Assembly: GCA_963841915.1 (NCBI GenBank)
Contig: CAWJEN010000005.1
Location: 64,001-128,000 of the forward strand
DNA length: 64,000 bases
DNA from: an uncultured Planctomycetota bacterium
GTDB lineage: Bacteria; Planctomycetota; Phycisphaerae; Tepidisphaerales; Tepidisphaeraceae
Direction of reading: 5' to 3'
Shown here piece after piece: positions 60,337-64,000 of the stretch (position 1 is its first letter; each line of letters begins with the position of its first letter). A program made the position numbers and the translations under genes. The notes under the pieces were generated by a model, which did no database searches, had not been told where the DNA came from, and was given only the letters and a program-made list of their open reading frames with translations.

Positions 60337-60539
60337 AATTTATTCTTGCGCCGCGCAAGACCACAAGGCCACCAACTGGCGGCCCCGCGGTCGGCAACGG
60401 AACCGGGCCACCTGCCCGGCGCAACGGAATCCTCGGACGGTCGACCATCAACATGGCCGAAAAGGACTCAGACAGTACCGATTGGGTCGCAGTCCGATCG
60501 GCAACTACCACCGTTATCGGCCGCGACCCGTTCACCGCA

Positions 60540-60881
60540 TTATCGGCCAGCAACATTTTCTTCAAGCCACGCTGCCAGCCGCTCAACCACCCGCGAGCGG
60601 GGCCACACCAGCGAAACACCAGCCGACTTGGCCGATGTGATGCGTTCAATCTCCACATGCGGGGCAAACCCGCAGACAGGCCGCCCCGTCCGCTCGTGCC
60701 AGGCCGCCACTGCCTGCACGGCCCCTTCGACGGTCAGGTCGACAACCACCGCCGCCAGGTCGTCCGGCAATGCATCGGCGTGCTTTCGAAGCTCCACCGT
60801 CACGCCCTCGACGCCCGGCCGCCTCAGCCGTGAGGCGAACATCAGGTCGGCCACGATGACGGATACGCGTTGTTCTGCCAC
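60540..60881 (-). CDS. Small receiver-like hypothetical protein
   Basis: DLMFASRL, VVVDL, GFAPHV, AKSAG, PRS; start chosen from TAGTTT -10 element. Confidence 0.6.
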   Translation of the reverse strand: MAEQRVSVIVADLMFASRLRRPGVEGVTVELRKHADALPDDLAAVVVDLTVEGAVQAVAAWHERTGRPVCGFAPHVEIERITSAKSAGVSLVWPRSRVVERLAAWLEENVAGR

Positions 60882-60909
60882 GGCCAAAACTAGCGCTGCC
60901 GCGACCAAC

Positions 60910-61863
60910 TCAGATCTGGAAGTCGAGCGGCACCGGTTCCGTCTCCCGCGACATTGAGCCGTTGCGGTACTTCAGCCGCGGTGCCTCGGCCACAACGCGG
61001 GTGTCGGCAGGCACGCTTTGCGTCAGAAACACGTTGCCCCCAACGGTGCTGCGGTCGCCGATGTGCGTGTCGCCACCGAGGATGGTGGCCCCGGCGTAGA
61101 TCGTGACGTCCTCACCGATGATCGGGTGACGCTGCGTGCCGCGGATCTTCTGCCCTTTGGCCGGTGCGAGCGCGCCGAGCGTGACGCCTTGGTATAGCTT
61201 GCACCCGCGGCCGATGGTGCAGGTTTCGCCGACGACGACACCGGTGCCGTGGTCGATGAACAGGCTTTCGCCGAGCGTCGCGCCGGGATGGATGTCGATG
61301 CCCGTCCGGCCGTGCGCGAACTCAGTCATCACCCTCGGCAGCAACGGCACGTTGAGGTCGTACAGCTCGTGCGCCAGCCGTTGCACCGCGATGGCGAAAA
61401 CGCCCGGATAGCTGAAGATCGCTTCATCCGGGCTCCCCGCTGCCGGGTCACCGTCGAAGTGGGCGGCCACGTCCGTCGCACACAGCGCCCGCACGGCTGG
61501 CAGTCTCGCGGCAAAGGCCAGCACAATCCGCTCGGCCTCTTCGTCGCAAGCCTGCGCCTTTTGCGGACAGTCACCGGCCGCGTCGCGGAACCGCAGGCAG
61601 TAGCGGACCGGCTCGAACAGATCCTCAAACAGCTGACCGACCAGCTCACCCACGTGGTACGGCAGCATCGCGTCGGTCAGCCCCTGGCGGCCAAAGTAAC
61701 CGGGAAAGACAAGCTGCATTAGCGTGCGGACAGCCGTGTGGACCGTCTCGCGATTCGGCAAAAAACCCTCGCCCAACCGGTGGAGCAGCGGTTTTTCTCG
61801 AATGTCTTCAATAAGATCGCTGGAGACGGCATCGAGTTGAGCATCCAGCGCCGGGCGTGCCAT
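60910..61863 (-). CDS. cysE: Serine O-acetyltransferase (EpsC-type long form)
   Basis: GDPAA, YPG, TGIDIHPGA, FIDHGTGVVVGET, YQGVTLGA, RHP. Confidence 0.92.
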   Translation of the reverse strand: MARPALDAQLDAVSSDLIEDIREKPLLHRLGEGFLPNRETVHTAVRTLMQLVFPGYFGRQGLTDAMLPYHVGELVGQLFEDLFEPVRYCLRFRDAAGDCPQKAQACDEEAERIVLAFAARLPAVRALCATDVAAHFDGDPAAGSPDEAIFSYPGVFAIAVQRLAHELYDLNVPLLPRVMTEFAHGRTGIDIHPGATLGESLFIDHGTGVVVGETCTIGRGCKLYQGVTLGALAPAKGQKIRGTQRHPIIGEDVTIYAGATILGGDTHIGDRSTVGGNVFLTQSVPADTRVVAEAPRLKYRNGSMSRETEPVPLDFQI

Positions 61864-61886
61864 GACCGACCGTAGCAACGGCATCC

Positions 61887-62660
61887 TCAGCTCATCGGCG
61901 GCAGGACGAAGAGGCGACCCTCCATCCAGCGAGTCAGCACTTCAACGCCGTAGGCGCTGCGAAGATGTTCGTCCGTCAGCACCTCGCGTGGCCGACCGGC
62001 CACAACAACACGACCACCCTTGAGCAGCACGACGTTGTCTGCAACCTCGGCAGCGAAGCCAAGGTTGTGGCTCGCGATAAGAACGGTTCGACCGGACGCC
62101 TCGAGTGCACGCACTTGCGTCGCGAGCTCAGCAGCCTTAGCCACGTCGAGGTACGCATCTGGCTCGTCAAGCAGCACCGCTGCCGTAGCTTGCCCCTCGA
62201 TCTGCGTTAGCGTGCGGCCGAGCAGAACCCGCTGCCGTTCACCACCTGACAGCGTGCCGATACGGCGCGTCAGCCACGGCTGAAGCCCAAGTCGGTGCAC
62301 AACCTTTTCGGCCGCGTCTCGATCAATATCCGCCTCTGCCCCAAATGCTCCCCAATGCGGTGATCGGCCAGAGGCAAGGCAAGCCGCGACAGTCTCGTCC
62401 GGCTCCCACGCGGGCGACTGTGCCAGTAGAGCGACGCGGCGTGCAAGCTCACGCCGCGACCATTGCTGGAGCGGACGATTGAACCAGGCGACGCTTCCAC
62501 CTGTCCTCGGGCCGCCGAGGCAAGCACGCAGTAGCGAGCTCTTTCCCGCACCATTCGGCCCAACGACAGCCGTCACACGTGCGGCAGGAACCGTCAGCGT
62601 CACGTCGTGCAGCGCACCTTCCACAGTGACGCCCATGAGTTCGATGGCCGTGTCGCTCAC
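61887..62660 (-). CDS. Iron/cobalamin chelate ABC transporter ATPase
   Basis: GPNGAGKS, LSGGERQR, LLDEP, SHNL. Confidence 0.88.
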   Translation of the reverse strand: MSDTAIELMGVTVEGALHDVTLTVPAARVTAVVGPNGAGKSSLLRACLGGPRTGGSVAWFNRPLQQWSRRELARRVALLAQSPAWEPDETVAACLASGRSPHWGAFGAEADIDRDAAEKVVHRLGLQPWLTRRIGTLSGGERQRVLLGRTLTQIEGQATAAVLLDEPDAYLDVAKAAELATQVRALEASGRTVLIASHNLGFAAEVADNVVLLKGGRVVVAGRPREVLTDEHLRSAYGVEVLTRWMEGRLFVLPPMS

Positions 62661-63643
62661 GCGGCAGTCCTGCCACGCCGGGCGTAGAGGAGCACCAGGA
62701 AGAACGGCCCGCCGATGAGATTCGTCACCACGCCTGCCGGGACCTCGCTGCCGGCGATCTGCACGGCAAAGCGGCCGGTTGCGTCGCTCAAAACCAACAG
62801 TGCGGCTCCGCAAGCGACCGCCGCAGGTAGCACGCGACGCGGGTCGACGCCGACGATCGAGCGGGCCAGGTGCGGCCCCATCAGGCCGACAAATCCGATC
62901 GGACCGGCCACGCCTGTCGCCACGGCGGCGGCCAGGCTGCTGATGGCGATGGTCGTCCAGCGAAGCTTGTTGACGCCGAGGCCCAGCGCCAACGCCTCGT
63001 CGTCACTTTGCCCCATGCCGCTGAGCCTGCCACCGATGAACGCCAACACGCCGCAGGTAAAGACGCACGAGACGCCGAGCCAGAGACGCTGAGCGAGCGT
63101 GGTTGCACCGATGCGACCGAACAGGAAGCTCATTGCCCCACCGGTCGGTTCGCGGACAAGCTGAACGAGCAGCGCGAAGACGCCGCCGCACAGGACGCTG
63201 ACGACCACGCCGACGAGCACCGCCCGACCTGGATCGAGTCGGCCACGGCCACCGGCCAAGACCAGCACGATCATCACAGCCAGCAAGCCACCGGCAAAGG
63301 CGGCCACTTCACGACCGACCGCCGCGAATGCGGCCGGCCAAGCCAACTGCGGCAGCGTCCACGCAAACGCCGCCAATGCCGCACCGCCACTGACCCCCAG
63401 CAGGTACGGCTCTGCCAGCGGATTTCGCAACGTCGCCTGATAACCGACGCCCGCCGCGGCAAGGCTCGCGCCGACGAGGGCCGCTGTCGTTACACGGTCG
63501 AGTCGGATGCTCAGGGCAAACCCGCTCGGCCACGCCACGCCACCCGTGGTGCCGACGAGCAGGCCGACGACGCACGCAACGCACACGCAAACACCGGCGA
63601 TCAGCCAGATCATCGCTAGCGTTCCTCTGGTCAGCGTCCGCAC
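62657..63643 (-). CDS. Iron/cobalamin chelate ABC transporter permease (FecCD/BtuC)
   Basis: LRNPLAEPYLLGVSGGA, EALALG, GPIGFVGL, GGPFF. Confidence 0.9.
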   Translation of the reverse strand: MRTLTRGTLAMIWLIAGVCVCVACVVGLLVGTTGGVAWPSGFALSIRLDRVTTAALVGASLAAAGVGYQATLRNPLAEPYLLGVSGGAALAAFAWTLPQLAWPAAFAAVGREVAAFAGGLLAVMIVLVLAGGRGRLDPGRAVLVGVVVSVLCGGVFALLVQLVREPTGGAMSFLFGRIGATTLAQRLWLGVSCVFTCGVLAFIGGRLSGMGQSDDEALALGLGVNKLRWTTIAISSLAAAVATGVAGPIGFVGLMGPHLARSIVGVDPRRVLPAAVACGAALLVLSDATGRFAVQIAGSEVPAGVVTNLIGGPFFLVLLYARRGRTAA

Positions 63644-63687
63644 GACTCGACGCTACGGCGGCATGGCGAGATCCGAGCCTGACCTGC

Positions 63688-64000
63688 TCAAGCCATGGCC
63701 TCCCGCTCGGCGGCAACGTCGGCCTGCACATCGAGGGGCTCACCTACAGGCCCGCCGGCGTTGCGGTCTAGCCACGCCGCCAAGGCCGTGCCCGCAGTGT
63801 GGTCGCAAGCCTGCAGGCCGTACGAGTAAGGCCGCAGGCCGAGTGCGTGCGGGAAAGCGATGTCAATGACGCGGCTATTCGCTTTCCCGTCGCGACCGAT
63901 GACGCGGTAGCCGGCGTCGACTTCGATGCCGTCCAGTTCAAAAGCGACTTGCCCATCCACCTCTGCCCTCCGCTCGGGCATGTCATCGAACACGTCGCTA
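63688..64000 (-). CDS. C-terminal fragment of a gene starting beyond the window (possibly FAD/NAD(P)-binding)
   Basis: Open frame to the window edge; GIEVD..YRVIG..G resembles a flavoprotein C-terminal region. Confidence 0.45.
   Translation of the reverse strand, partial: SDVFDDMPERRAEVDGQVAFELDGIEVDAGYRVIGRDGKANSRVIDIAFPHALGLRPYSYGLQACDHTAGTALAAWLDRNAGGPVGEPLDVQADVAAEREAMA

Noticed and set aside
60337..60539. Possible small gene in a 200-bp gap
   Set aside because: The candidate minus-strand frame has multiple stops; other frames overlap neighbours without motifs

Overview
High-GC bacterial chromosomal region, inferred to be Planctomycetota (probably class Phycisphaerae). The basis is a prepilin-type/H-X9-DG protein, a dockerin-tailed exoprotein, a PEP-CTERM protein, a DUF1570-type lipoprotein and a reduced dcw cluster without ftsZ. 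Most of the ~57 CDS are housekeeping genes (dxs, clpC, menG/ubiE, ilvH, queA, infC, ptsI, rne, cinA, murE-murF-mraY-ftsW-murG, hisB/hisC, mnmA, cysE, ABC permease/ATPase). I found no rRNA, tRNA, CRISPR array or transposase. Two genes (dxs and the prepilin-type gene) carry single-base frameshifts that are probably assembly errors. The most interesting observations are: (1) an archaeal adenylate-kinase-like domain fused to a nucleoside deoxyribosyltransferase/N-glycosidase-like domain; (2) a cytidylyltransferase/Cys-less radical-SAM fusion coupled to neuA/neuB; (3) a wHTH plus nucleotidyltransferase pair resembling a toxin-antitoxin module; (4) a leaderless-promoter signature (TAnnnT 5-8 nt before the start codon) at about 15 genes; (5) three parS sites; (6) operon-wide C-terminal Ala-Ala tails resembling ClpXP degrons; (7) two families of REP-like palindromic doublets. 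All product calls come from motif recognition by eye; no database search was run.
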